A stretch of DNA of 42,459 nt. Source: a virus. Positions 32,661-40,491 of the stretch are shown one piece after another. The first letter of the stretch is position 1. Each line of letters begins with the position of its first letter. The DNA lies in the IMG/VR virus record IMGVR_UViG_3300014879_000002, positions 1-42,459 of that record. The stretch is one strand, 5' to 3'. The translations under genes and the position numbers were made by a program. The notes beneath the pieces were generated by a model. That model worked only from the letters and a program-made list of their open reading frames with translations, had not been told where the DNA came from and searched no databases.

Positions 32661-32831
32661 TCATTCTGAAATCTTAATTTCAGTTTCATCCAGACTCAAC
32701 AGCCGGTCCACTTCTGTATTGTAGTTGGGTTTAGTATCTTCAAACTTCAAAGGTGTAAGCAGCAGTCTCATAATACAAAAGGCTATAAGTAAGATGCTTA
32801 CCGCTAAAATGATTTTAAGAATTGTTTCCAT
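32661..32831 (-). CDS. Small membrane protein (56 aa; below the track cutoff)
   Basis: 'METILKIILAVSILLIAFCIMRLLLTPLKFEDTKPNYNTEVDRLLSLDETEIKISE' has one clear TM helix. Its ATG lies inside the end of the upstream small ORF. Confidence 0.45.
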   Translation of the reverse strand: METILKIILAVSILLIAFCIMRLLLTPLKFEDTKPNYNTEVDRLLSLDETEIKISE

Positions 32832-32976
32832 TGGGTTGGGTTTTTTCGTTTATATAATCGGTAATTCGGTTTAACTCTTCGATGCCGCAATTTTCAAGCT
32901 CTTCGTCCGGGGTGTCCCTTACATCAGGCAGAACATTGCCGTATTTTTCAAGTTGCCAGAGTTCGTAGTTTGTCAT
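32815..32976 (-). CDS. Small acidic hypothetical protein (53 aa; below the track cutoff), first leftward gene
   Basis: 'MTNYELWQLEKYGNVLPDVRDTPDEELENCGIEELNRITDYINEKTQPNGNNS'. Starts at the edge of the divergent control region. Confidence 0.4.
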   Translation of the reverse strand: MTNYELWQLEKYGNVLPDVRDTPDEELENCGIEELNRITDYINEKTQPNGNNS

Positions 32977-33026
32977 CGGGTGCTAAGGTAAAATTCTTTG
33001 TTTAAGCCAGCAAACATGGGCAAGGG

Positions 33027-33048
33027 TATTTTTGCAACACTGTTGCAA
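33027..33048 (+). promoter_or_regulatory. Candidate -7 box TATTTTTG overlapping an operator-like inverted repeat TTGCAAC-ACT-GTTGCAA
   Basis: Read directly in the 249-bp divergent intergenic region. TAnnTTTG is the Bacteroidota -7 consensus. Confidence 0.35.
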
Positions 33049-33096
33049 ATATGGAAGATCGAGTAAAAGTACTCAAAAATGGTAGAATTTTAATAT

Positions 33097-33104
33097 TACT
33101 TTTG
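33097..33104 (+). promoter_or_regulatory. Second candidate -7 box (TACTTTTG) for the rightward block
   Basis: Exact TAnnTTTG match ~120 nt upstream of the start at 33226. A 5-bp inverted repeat GAGTA-AAAG-TACTC lies at 33061-33074. Confidence 0.3.
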
Positions 33105-33225
33105 TAACAAGCTGAACAGCTCCGGTCTCGTAGGATTGCATCAGCAGCCGGGGCCGGATTTTTTAACACAGAGCCTTTCCAGGTTTATTATTTTTTTTTT
33201 ATTTAAAATAATACTAATTTAGGGT

Positions 33226-33777
33226 GTGACTGTGGCGCAGATAATTGAGCAGTTGTATCGATCCAAAGACTTAGACGAGTGTATCAGAAAAACAGTGCGT
33301 CTCGATTTACAGTCCGATTTCAAACACGAATTAATATTGATTTTATATGATAAGTCCCCTGAGTTAATCCAAAGACTGCACGAGGCCAAGCAGCTTACTT
33401 TTTACGTGGTAAGAATAATTTTAAACTTGGTCAATCAGTCCAGGAATATTTATCATAAGACTTATATAAACCCGGCGATTACTTACGACAATGACAAGTT
33501 AAAAGATAAGTACGAAATAGAAGAAAACTTTGAAGAACGATTAAGAAAGGAGAATAGGGAGGTTGCATTAATAAATGAGTTCAACAATTTAGATTCGACG
33601 TTCAATACTTTTTATTACAGAAGATTGATTCAGGAAGTAGCAAAGACGGGCGGGGTTCGGAAAGCATCAAGAGCAACGGGGATACCCCGATCAAGTATTT
33701 CAGATTCGATTAAGAAAGTAAGGGAGCATTTAAACAAGATTTATAACGATTCAGAAAATATTGAGGGCATATACTGA
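33226..33777 (+). CDS. Sigma-factor-like / HTH transcription regulator (183 aa, GTG start)
   Basis: The N-terminal region resembles sigma region 2 ('DFKHELILILYDK...LTFYVVRIILNLVNQ'). The C-terminal 'VAKTGGVRKASRATGIPRSSISDSIKKVREHL' resembles a region-4 HTH. First gene of the rightward block. Confidence 0.5.
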   Translation: MTVAQIIEQLYRSKDLDECIRKTVRLDLQSDFKHELILILYDKSPELIQRLHEAKQLTFYVVRIILNLVNQSRNIYHKTYINPAITYDNDKLKDKYEIEENFEERLRKENREVALINEFNNLDSTFNTFYYRRLIQEVAKTGGVRKASRATGIPRSSISDSIKKVREHLNKIYNDSENIEGIY

Positions 33778-34355
33778 TGGACAACCAGGAAATCTTAGTC
33801 TTGCGAGACAACGCAAAAAATCAGCTACTGCAAATTAAAACAGTAGAGGACGGTATCAGCTACATGAATAAGCTCAAAACAATTGACGTTTGGATCAGGG
33901 CTGAAAAGAAAGACGCTGAACTGCAAAACATTATTGCTGAGCAGAAGATCAGAACCCAAAGGATATTGGGCGAGTTGATCGAAGATGGTCAGCGAAATGG
34001 GGAAATAAGAAAACAAAATGACGGGCCGGTATTAAGTACCGGTAAGGAACTTAATGAGATTGGGGTAAACAAAAAGCAGTCCTCAAGCTGGCAGCAAATA
34101 GCCTCTATCCCTGAACAAACCTTCGAAGAGTTCATCCTTCAGGGCAAGGATAAGGTAAACGAAGCTGTAAGAGAATTAACTACGGCGGGCGCTGTGCGTC
34201 TAGCCAAATCCTTAACAAATAAAAATAAACATCATGAATGTGCTAAAACAAACGACGACCTCGAACGGGAGGTTAAAGAACTCCTTTGTAAAATTAATAG
34301 CCTCCCTCCCTATTACAGATTTAAAATTAAACAAGGAATCAGGAGAGGCAAATAA
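33777..34355 (+). CDS. Hypothetical DNA-binding-type protein (192 aa)
   Basis: 'IIAEQKIRTQRILGELIEDGQ...LNEIGVNKKQSSSWQQIASIPEQTFEEFI' follows the AErrxGELL...SSxWQxxAxxP pattern often found next to ParB-like genes in phages and plasmids. Confidence 0.55.
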   Translation: MDNQEILVLRDNAKNQLLQIKTVEDGISYMNKLKTIDVWIRAEKKDAELQNIIAEQKIRTQRILGELIEDGQRNGEIRKQNDGPVLSTGKELNEIGVNKKQSSSWQQIASIPEQTFEEFILQGKDKVNEAVRELTTAGAVRLAKSLTNKNKHHECAKTNDDLEREVKELLCKINSLPPYYRFKIKQGIRRGK

Positions 34356-35169
34356 GCGGTATAACGAAGAGGTGCTTATTACGCCCGAAATTGCTAAACA
34401 ATTTCTTGAAAATGGCAAAAGTAATAATAGGGCAATGCGGGTAAATAAAATAGATCAGTTTGCCAGAGACATGAGGGAAGGAAAATGGAAGCGGCACACG
34501 GGCGAAACTATGAAAATAGGTATAAGCGGTACATTATTAGACGCCCATCACCGATTGAGGGCTATTATTAAATCAGGCGTTTCCGTTTGGATGGAGGTCG
34601 CCTATAATATACCTGATGAAAATTTTGATGTTTTAGATACCGGATCATCCAGGTCAGCGGGAGATAATTTTAAGATACTTGAAATACCAAACGCTAATAT
34701 AACACCATCCATTATTCAGCAATATGTTGCATTAGTGAAAGGTGTTGTTCGTGGTAATGGAGGCAGTAACAAGGGTAAGGTTTTAACAAACTCAGACCTA
34801 ATAAAGACATATTATCAGAATGAGGACTATTGGCTGAATACCACTAAACAGGTATTGGTTTGGTATAGTTCATTTGGCAGGCTATTAACTCCTAGTGTTA
34901 TTGGCGGGTTCTTTGCCTACTTTGAAGGCTTCGATGAAGAAAAAGCTTTTAGCTTCTTTGAACAACTTTGCAAGCCGATTCAAGTTGATAACGATGTTAT
35001 ACTGAAGTTAAAGAATATGCTTCTAAATGACAGGACTGGAGTTAAGAAAATAACTCAATTGCATAAGTTCGGATTGATATTGAAATCGTGGAATTATTAC
35101 AGATCGGGTGCGGTATGTAAGATATTGAAATTCGATCCTGAAAAAGAAAGCTTACCGATAGCGAAATGA
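34234..35169 (+). CDS. ParB/Srx-fold N-terminal-domain protein (ParB-like nuclease family)
   Basis: 'ITPEIAKQFLENGKSNNRAMRVNKIDQFARDMREGKWKRHTGETMKIGISGTLLDAHHRLRAIIKSG' matches the 'NRpl...dM..G.W...G.L.DGQHRL.Ai' family pattern. The ATG at 34234 overlaps the upstream gene by 122 nt; a GTG at 34371 is an alternative start. Confidence 0.6.
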   Translation: MNVLKQTTTSNGRLKNSFVKLIASLPITDLKLNKESGEANKRYNEEVLITPEIAKQFLENGKSNNRAMRVNKIDQFARDMREGKWKRHTGETMKIGISGTLLDAHHRLRAIIKSGVSVWMEVAYNIPDENFDVLDTGSSRSAGDNFKILEIPNANITPSIIQQYVALVKGVVRGNGGSNKGKVLTNSDLIKTYYQNEDYWLNTTKQVLVWYSSFGRLLTPSVIGGFFAYFEGFDEEKAFSFFEQLCKPIQVDNDVILKLKNMLLNDRTGVKKITQLHKFGLILKSWNYYRSGAVCKILKFDPEKESLPIAK

Positions 35170-35387
35170 AAGAAATCATTTATTCTAGTTGTTTGGCGTG
35201 GACATGGGTTTATATTTTAGGCTTTATCAGGTTTAAGTATAAGCCCATTAATTGCGCTAAATGTATGTCAGCCTGGATTTGTTTGGCCTTGTGCGTAGGA
35301 AGGTTCCCGATTTGGGAGGTCCCGTTTTTAATCTGCATAGCTATGATCTGTACCATTATTCTAACTGCAATGATGAATAAACTATGA
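35166..35387 (+). CDS. Small polytopic membrane protein (73 aa)
   Basis: Two to three hydrophobic helices plus a 'KPINCAKCMSAW' motif. ATGA-type overlaps at both ends. Confidence 0.55.
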   Translation: MKEIIYSSCLAWTWVYILGFIRFKYKPINCAKCMSAWICLALCVGRFPIWEVPFLICIAMICTIILTAMMNKL

Positions 35388-36442
35388 AGATTCTGTGTGT
35401 GTACGATGGTTCCGGTCCCAAACTGCATCGTTGCTTACTTCCTTGCGCCGGGATGGAAAAGACTTACAAGGTAGAAATAAAGGTAGTAAATCATTTACCA
35501 AGTTATTCAGAAGATGACATTTTTAACGGCATTGATATTGTTCTTTTCAACAGGATGATAGCCGGGGTAAACAGGGAAAGGCTTTTGATGTGGCGTGAAA
35601 AGTATGGGTTCAAATTAGTGTGTGATTTAGACGATCACTGGGTATTAGATAGGGACCATTTGCTTTACGAAGGTTACAGACAGCACATGATTACCACAAT
35701 TATAGAATGGTACATCAAACACTCAGATTTGATTTTGGTCACTCACGAGCGATTGCATCGGGATGTAATTGAAATAAATAAGAACTGTTACATCTTGCCA
35801 AATGCAATTCCTAAGTTCGACCAGTTCTTAGTAAAGAAGATACCCGATGATTATGTAAGGTTATTCTGGGCGGGCGGGGTGACACATAGGAAAGATTTAG
35901 AGTTATTAAGACGACCACTAAAGCTAATCAAACGGGACGGGGTAAAGTTAATCATGGGTGGCTATGAGGATAATCCGGAATGGAAGGAGATGGCTAAGAT
36001 ATTTACAACAGATTCGACATACAACACGCAGGTGATACGGTCAGAGCCGCCAACAAGTTACTATTGCGTTTATTCCCTTTGTGACATTTCGCTTGTCCCG
36101 TTGGTTCAAAGCAAATTCAATGAGCATAAAAGCAATCTTAAAATACTCGAGGCGGCTAATATTGAAGCTCCTGTCGTGGTCAGTCGTGTACATCCCTATG
36201 TCGGTTTTCCTGATAGTATTGTGTCGTACGTTGATTCTCATAGGCCGTGGTATTCGCAAATTACGAAGCTTATTAAAGATCCAATCCTAAGAAAAGAGCA
36301 GGGCATCGAGTTAAGAAACTACTGTGACATTCACTATTCGTTCAATAAGATAAACCAAATGCGTTATGAATTACTACAGCATGAAACCGGACAACGTCGA
36401 GAAGTTAGAGAAGCACCGGCCAAAGCTGAACCTGTGGATTAA
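35384..36442 (+). CDS. GT-B fold glycosyltransferase (352 aa)
   Basis: The C-terminal half has the GT1/GT4-type signature ('VRLFWAGGVTHRKDLELL...', 'KSNLKILEAANIEAPVVVS'). Confidence 0.55.
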   Translation: MKILCVYDGSGPKLHRCLLPCAGMEKTYKVEIKVVNHLPSYSEDDIFNGIDIVLFNRMIAGVNRERLLMWREKYGFKLVCDLDDHWVLDRDHLLYEGYRQHMITTIIEWYIKHSDLILVTHERLHRDVIEINKNCYILPNAIPKFDQFLVKKIPDDYVRLFWAGGVTHRKDLELLRRPLKLIKRDGVKLIMGGYEDNPEWKEMAKIFTTDSTYNTQVIRSEPPTSYYCVYSLCDISLVPLVQSKFNEHKSNLKILEAANIEAPVVVSRVHPYVGFPDSIVSYVDSHRPWYSQITKLIKDPILRKEQGIELRNYCDIHYSFNKINQMRYELLQHETGQRREVREAPAKAEPVD

Positions 36443-36695
36443 TGACAAAACGTGTCACTTAGATTCAGGGGAGAAAGCTGAGATTCTAAACGTGATTAGA
36501 GAGGAGTTTAACTCAGGGTATCATGTGGATTTATGGTGTCATGCGTGTGTAGTAAGAATGTTGGAATATGCTTTTAATGAAATGGACAAACGAAAAATAG
36601 ATACAATAACCATACCTCTGGGGGCTAATGACGTAAAGATAACAGACCTGAACATAAGACCTGATACAAACTATACAATAAATACGAAAGACTAA
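36366..36695 (+). CDS. Hypothetical Cys/His-containing protein (109 aa)
   Basis: ATG ORF overlapping the previous gene by 77 nt. 'KTCHLDSG...DLWCHACVVRM'. Its stop overlaps the next start (TAATG). Confidence 0.4.
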   Translation: MNYYSMKPDNVEKLEKHRPKLNLWINDKTCHLDSGEKAEILNVIREEFNSGYHVDLWCHACVVRMLEYAFNEMDKRKIDTITIPLGANDVKITDLNIRPDTNYTINTKD

Positions 36696-37456
36696 TGGCA
36701 TTGATCGCAATGGCTGTATATGATACCGAAGAGAACAAACGAACGGAACTAACCGAGCGAACAATTAATTCTTTGTATGAAACTGTGGACTTTGACAAGC
36801 ATAGAATAATTGTTGTCGATAACGCAAGCTGTACAGCTACCAAGAATTTATTAGAAGCTACGTTTTGGCCAGATGAAATCATTACCCTTCCTGAGAATGT
36901 AGGCACAGCTAAAGCAATCAATCAGGCGTGGAAGTTAAGGCAACCCGGGGAAAATTGTGTAAAGATGGACAACGATGTAGAAATAGGTTTCGTGGGGTGG
37001 GTCGACGAAATGGAACGGGCGATAGAAAGAGATCCAACTATTGGGCAGGTAGGATTGAAAAGGAAAGACTGTTGGGAATATCCCACCCACGAAAACCCAG
37101 AGTTCAGGAGCGAGTTAATAATGCTAAACCACAAACCCGGCGAAGCGTGGATCGTAGTTGAAAGGTCAAAGCATATCATTGGAACGTGTGTAATGCACTC
37201 AGCAGCCCTATTAGACAAGGTGGGTTACTTGTATCAACCTGGATTATACGGCTACGACGATGTGCTAATGAGCTGGAGAAGTTCAATAGCTGGCTTTAAG
37301 AATGTATTCCTTTCTTATATTCCGATAGATCACATCGACCCCGGTGATACACCTTACCAGGGGTGGAAGGAAAGGCACTCAGGGGAGTACACAAGATTAG
37401 TGAGCGATATTGTGGACGGGTATTTAAAAGGTAAATCAATTTACTATGAGGCTTAA
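36695..37456 (+). CDS. Family-2-type (GT-A fold) glycosyltransferase (253 aa)
   Basis: 'RIIVVDNASCTATKNLL', 'LPENVGTAKAINQAWK' and the DxD-like 'VKMDNDV'. Confidence 0.7.
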   Translation: MALIAMAVYDTEENKRTELTERTINSLYETVDFDKHRIIVVDNASCTATKNLLEATFWPDEIITLPENVGTAKAINQAWKLRQPGENCVKMDNDVEIGFVGWVDEMERAIERDPTIGQVGLKRKDCWEYPTHENPEFRSELIMLNHKPGEAWIVVERSKHIIGTCVMHSAALLDKVGYLYQPGLYGYDDVLMSWRSSIAGFKNVFLSYIPIDHIDPGDTPYQGWKERHSGEYTRLVSDIVDGYLKGKSIYYEA

Positions 37457-37592
37457 GGCATTTATTAATATTGGGCTAATAGCAATGATAGTGAACATAA
37501 TTATAGCTTGTTTGAATCCGCAGATGTGGCACGAGATATTAGGATGGGTTGCGGCACTTATTCTTTTATGGGCAATTAAAGATATTAAATGA
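37446..37592 (+). CDS. Small membrane protein (48 aa; below the track cutoff)
   Basis: 'MRLKAFINIGLIAMIVNIIIACLNPQMWHEILGWVAALILLWAIKDIK' has two hydrophobic helices. ATGA overlap with the next gene. Confidence 0.4.
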   Translation: MRLKAFINIGLIAMIVNIIIACLNPQMWHEILGWVAALILLWAIKDIK

Positions 37593-38419
37593 ACTACTAC
37601 GTAACAGGAGCTAATGGATTTATAGGGCAGAATGTAATCAGGTATCTGAGAGATAAAGGGCTTAAAGCTACTGGGGTTCCCAGACACTTCGAGGAGTCGA
37701 TCTTTGACATTGAATTTGAGGAACCGTTTACGTTCATCCACTTATCAGCTTACGGGAATCACTATAACCAAAAGGATACAAGCCAGATCATCAAGGCTAA
37801 CATCCAGGATTTAAAACTTCTTTTGGCTTACTTCAAGAACTTTAAACAACCAGAAAAGTTTATCAATGTTTCCACCTCTTCCATCACCCTGACTTGCCAG
37901 ACGATGTATTCACTCTCTAAGCACTTTGGGGAGTTAATGGTGGACAGTATGAATAACAAAAGGTTTATAAATGTCAGACCATACTCAGTTTACGGTCCAC
38001 TTGAAGCGGGTCACAGATTTATACCTACGGTAATTCGCGCATTGGAAAACAGAGAAACAATAGAGCTGGACCCGTATTCTAAACACGATTGGATTTATGT
38101 GGATGATTTTATTGAGGCAATGTTACAAGGAATCCCCAACGTGGGGACAGGGATTTCAACGTCTAATTTGGAAGTAGTTAGAATACTTGAACATCTTTCA
38201 TTTAGGGAATTAAAATACACCCCTGGTAAGATGAGAGATTACGACACTCAGAACTGGGTATGTCCAGTTGGGGTGAAACACATACCTATTTATGAAGGCT
38301 TAAAACGTACTTATGAATCCGTTACAAAACAGAATAAAAGCAATCAGCAAGAAGTTAAACCTGTCTCACCTGGGGTCAAACCTAACTGCAGTGGGAATAA
38401 TAGACAGGGTTTATCATAA
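37589..38419 (+). CDS. NAD(P)-dependent sugar epimerase/dehydratase (SDR family, 276 aa)
   Basis: Rossmann motif 'YVTGANGFIGQNV' at the N-terminus and a catalytic YxxxK at 'YSLSK'. The 3' ~107 nt overlap the next gene in another frame. Confidence 0.7.
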   Translation: MNYYVTGANGFIGQNVIRYLRDKGLKATGVPRHFEESIFDIEFEEPFTFIHLSAYGNHYNQKDTSQIIKANIQDLKLLLAYFKNFKQPEKFINVSTSSITLTCQTMYSLSKHFGELMVDSMNNKRFINVRPYSVYGPLEAGHRFIPTVIRALENRETIELDPYSKHDWIYVDDFIEAMLQGIPNVGTGISTSNLEVVRILEHLSFRELKYTPGKMRDYDTQNWVCPVGVKHIPIYEGLKRTYESVTKQNKSNQQEVKPVSPGVKPNCSGNNRQGLS

Positions 38420-38891
38420 GAGAAAGCCGCATGAACCTTTTGTTCTTTCGTGTGGTCATGCTGGTTTAGCTCTATACGTTGTACTTGAAAAGTATTTAGG
38501 AGTGAACGCTGAAGAGTTATATAAAAAACACGGGACTCACCCGAACAGGGATATTGAAAATGGTATTTATTGTTCAACTGGTTCTTTAGGTTGGGGTATT
38601 ACGATAGCCGCAGGGATGGCATTTGCTGACCGGGATAAGAATGTCTGGTGTTTGATTTCAGACGGTGAAGCGTTTGAAGGTTCAATCTGGGAGGTGGCTA
38701 ATGTGATGCACAGGTACAAGTTAGACAACCTTAAAGTGTGTTTGAATTGGAACGGTTGGAGTGCTTATCATTCAGTAAGCAGGAATTTCGTGGAGAGGGT
38801 TAAAGCTATCTTCCCTTCTATTTCGGTATGCGAAACGAGTGTAAAAGATTACGGGTTCAAAGGTTTGGAAGCACATTATGTAAAACTATGA
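38313..38891 (+). CDS. Transketolase-like ThDP enzyme, N-terminal (PP-domain) subunit, short form (192 aa)
   Basis: 'HLGSNLTAVGIIDRVY...FVLSCGHAGLALYVVLEKYLG' and 'GSLGWGITIAAGMAFADRDKNVWCLISDGEAFEGSIWEVAN...LNWNG' give a ThDP-binding GDG-x27-N-like motif, here SDG. Confidence 0.7.
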   Translation: MNPLQNRIKAISKKLNLSHLGSNLTAVGIIDRVYHKRKPHEPFVLSCGHAGLALYVVLEKYLGVNAEELYKKHGTHPNRDIENGIYCSTGSLGWGITIAAGMAFADRDKNVWCLISDGEAFEGSIWEVANVMHRYKLDNLKVCLNWNGWSAYHSVSRNFVERVKAIFPSISVCETSVKDYGFKGLEAHYVKL

Positions 38892-39343
38892 GACAACAAT
38901 TCTTTAGAGACTTACACAAGTTAATGTTTGACAACTGGAATGTTTATTTCATTACCGGGGATTTAGGGTTTGGGCTCGCTGACAAGATCAGAGATGACTT
39001 CCCTGATCGGTTTATCAATGTGGGTGCAGCAGAAGTAACGATGCTAGGTGTAGGAATCGGCCTGGCATTAGAAGGCAAAGTTCCAATATGTTACTCAATC
39101 ACTCCGTTCCTTTTGTTTCGCCCTTATGAGGGGATAAGAAATTATTTACATCATGAACAGATCCCGGTGATTCTAGTGGGGAGTGGAAGGGGAAAAGACT
39201 ACGAGCACGACGGCTTCAGTCATTGGGCTGAGGATGATGCAGAAGCACTCAGACATTTGAACATAGAAATATATTATGACTATGAAAATTTAAATGATAT
39301 TGTAGCTAAAAATAAACCAGTTTACATAAATTTATCAAGATGA
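38888..39343 (+). CDS. Transketolase-like ThDP enzyme, Pyr-domain subunit, short form (151 aa from ATG 38888)
   Basis: 'FITGDLGFGLADKIRDDFPDRFINVGAAEVTMLGVGIGLALEGKVPICYSITPFLLFRPYEGIRN' and 'GSGRGKDYEHDGFSHWAEDDAEALRHL' match the transketolase pyrimidine-binding domain. No Transketolase_C region follows. ATGA overlap with the previous gene. Confidence 0.7.
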   Translation: MRQQFFRDLHKLMFDNWNVYFITGDLGFGLADKIRDDFPDRFINVGAAEVTMLGVGIGLALEGKVPICYSITPFLLFRPYEGIRNYLHHEQIPVILVGSGRGKDYEHDGFSHWAEDDAEALRHLNIEIYYDYENLNDIVAKNKPVYINLSR

Positions 39344-39525
39344 AATTAAGGTTAGAAATAGAAATCGAATGTGGAGACACACTTATAGACACGTCCAATA
39401 TAGTTGAAGTAAATTGGTTATTAAAGGACATTCTAATACCATCCGACTTACGTGTCTATAGCAATGAGATAGGGGGTGAGTTTGGCGATGTTATATCTGT
39501 CGCTAATATAAAAATATTACAGTAA
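39340..39525 (+). CDS. Hypothetical protein (61 aa)
   Basis: ATGA overlap upstream and TAATG overlap downstream. Confidence 0.45.
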   Translation: MKLRLEIEIECGDTLIDTSNIVEVNWLLKDILIPSDLRVYSNEIGGEFGDVISVANIKILQ

Positions 39526-40166
39526 TGAAACATCTCAATGATACAAACGGCGCAAGCAAGCTAACATTAAAGATAGCTGAAAAATGCTTATCAGAGTTTG
39601 AAGGCACGTTAATTGGTGTTGAGTTTGGTGTGGCTTACGGTGGAGGAATAGAGGCTATCGGGAAGTTGTGGGGAGTAAGGGGCAAGATATACGGCTTTGA
39701 CACATTTGAAGGACACCCCAAACAAATAGGGGAGATTTGCCAGGATAGTAAAAGGGCGGGCGGGGTTCATTCGTTCGCTGCTACTTGTATGGATAGTTGG
39801 TATCAAAGAGAAGATTACGGAACCGAAGCTATTAAGTACGATTACATCAGGAAGAACCTCGACGATCAGGGCGTAATAAATGCTATTCTTGTTAAGGGAT
39901 TGGTCACGGATAAGACAGATGTTTCGTTCCTTAATGCTATTCACTACGCTTTTATTGATCTGGATTTCCCGCTTTCAAACAGGCAAGCATTTGAATTGAT
40001 TAAAGACAAGATTGTAAAGGGCGGGTACTTGATGTTACACGACTGTGTGCCTAAAGGTCATATATCAGGCTGCTATGAAGTGTACCAGGATATTTTAAAG
40101 ACAGGAATGTTTGAGTTGATGGGAGAATTTAACCCAGAGTATTTAGTAATAATGATAAGAAAATGA
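39525..40166 (+). CDS. Class I SAM-dependent methyltransferase, TylF (macrocin O-methyltransferase)-like (213 aa)
   Basis: 'LIGVEFGVAYGGG' (SAM motif I), 'IYGFDTFEGHP' (TylF-type DxFeG) and 'YAFIDLDFPLS...GGYLMLHD'. Confidence 0.65.
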   Translation: MKHLNDTNGASKLTLKIAEKCLSEFEGTLIGVEFGVAYGGGIEAIGKLWGVRGKIYGFDTFEGHPKQIGEICQDSKRAGGVHSFAATCMDSWYQREDYGTEAIKYDYIRKNLDDQGVINAILVKGLVTDKTDVSFLNAIHYAFIDLDFPLSNRQAFELIKDKIVKGGYLMLHDCVPKGHISGCYEVYQDILKTGMFELMGEFNPEYLVIMIRK

Positions 40167-40336
40167 ATGATAAACTATTAATTAAAAAAGAGGTCGCTAA
40201 GTTACTTAGAGTCACGGAACGATCCATAGACGAGTATAGAAGGCGGGGCGTATTACCATCCTATAAGCTAGGAGGCAAAATACTATTCGATGAAAAAGAA
40301 GTTAGAGAAGCCATTAAAATGCACAGGAGAAAATGA
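40163..40336 (+). CDS. Small MerR/excisionase-type HTH protein (57 aa; below the track cutoff)
   Basis: 'LIKKEVAKLLRVTERSIDEYRRRGVLPSYKLGGKILFDEKEVREAI' matches the HTH_17 pattern. ATGA overlaps on both sides. Confidence 0.6.
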   Translation: MNDKLLIKKEVAKLLRVTERSIDEYRRRGVLPSYKLGGKILFDEKEVREAIKMHRRK

Positions 40337-40491
40337 AACTAGTGGCTTACATAGAAGAAGAGAAAAGATACATAGAAATTTGGACTTTACAAGTTGGTAA
40401 GGATTGTTATTTCGTTCAGGAGTTTACAATCGAATACGAAAAGGCACCCATATACACAGTCAGACTTATATCATTTACAACCAGAAAATGA
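40333..40491 (+). CDS. Small hypothetical protein (52 aa; below the track cutoff)
   Basis: 'MKLVAYIEEEKRYIEIWTLQVGKDCYFVQEFTIEYEKAPIYTVRLISFTTRK'. ATGA overlaps on both sides. Confidence 0.4.
   Translation: MKLVAYIEEEKRYIEIWTLQVGKDCYFVQEFTIEYEKAPIYTVRLISFTTRK

Noticed and set aside
33109-33170. Possible leader attenuator/terminator (CTCCGG...CCGGGG followed by CCGGATTTTTT) upstream of 33226.
   Set aside because: The stem is only 6 bp including a G-U, the loop is 22 nt, and the alternative CCGG-GG-CCGG hairpin has a 2-nt loop. That is too weak to call.
36531-37218. Three minus-strand ORFs (77, 98 and 98 aa) and a plus-strand alternate-frame ORF (36928..37161) across the GT2 gene.
   Set aside because: The GT2 frame carries recognisable family motifs. 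The others have none and oppose the operon, or overlap it entirely.
40163-40336. The excisionase-like HTH as evidence for a temperate lifestyle or attP nearby.
   Set aside because: No integrase or recombinase gene, CI-type repressor or att-like repeat was found anywhere in the genome. The HTH_17 fold is also used by ordinary regulators.
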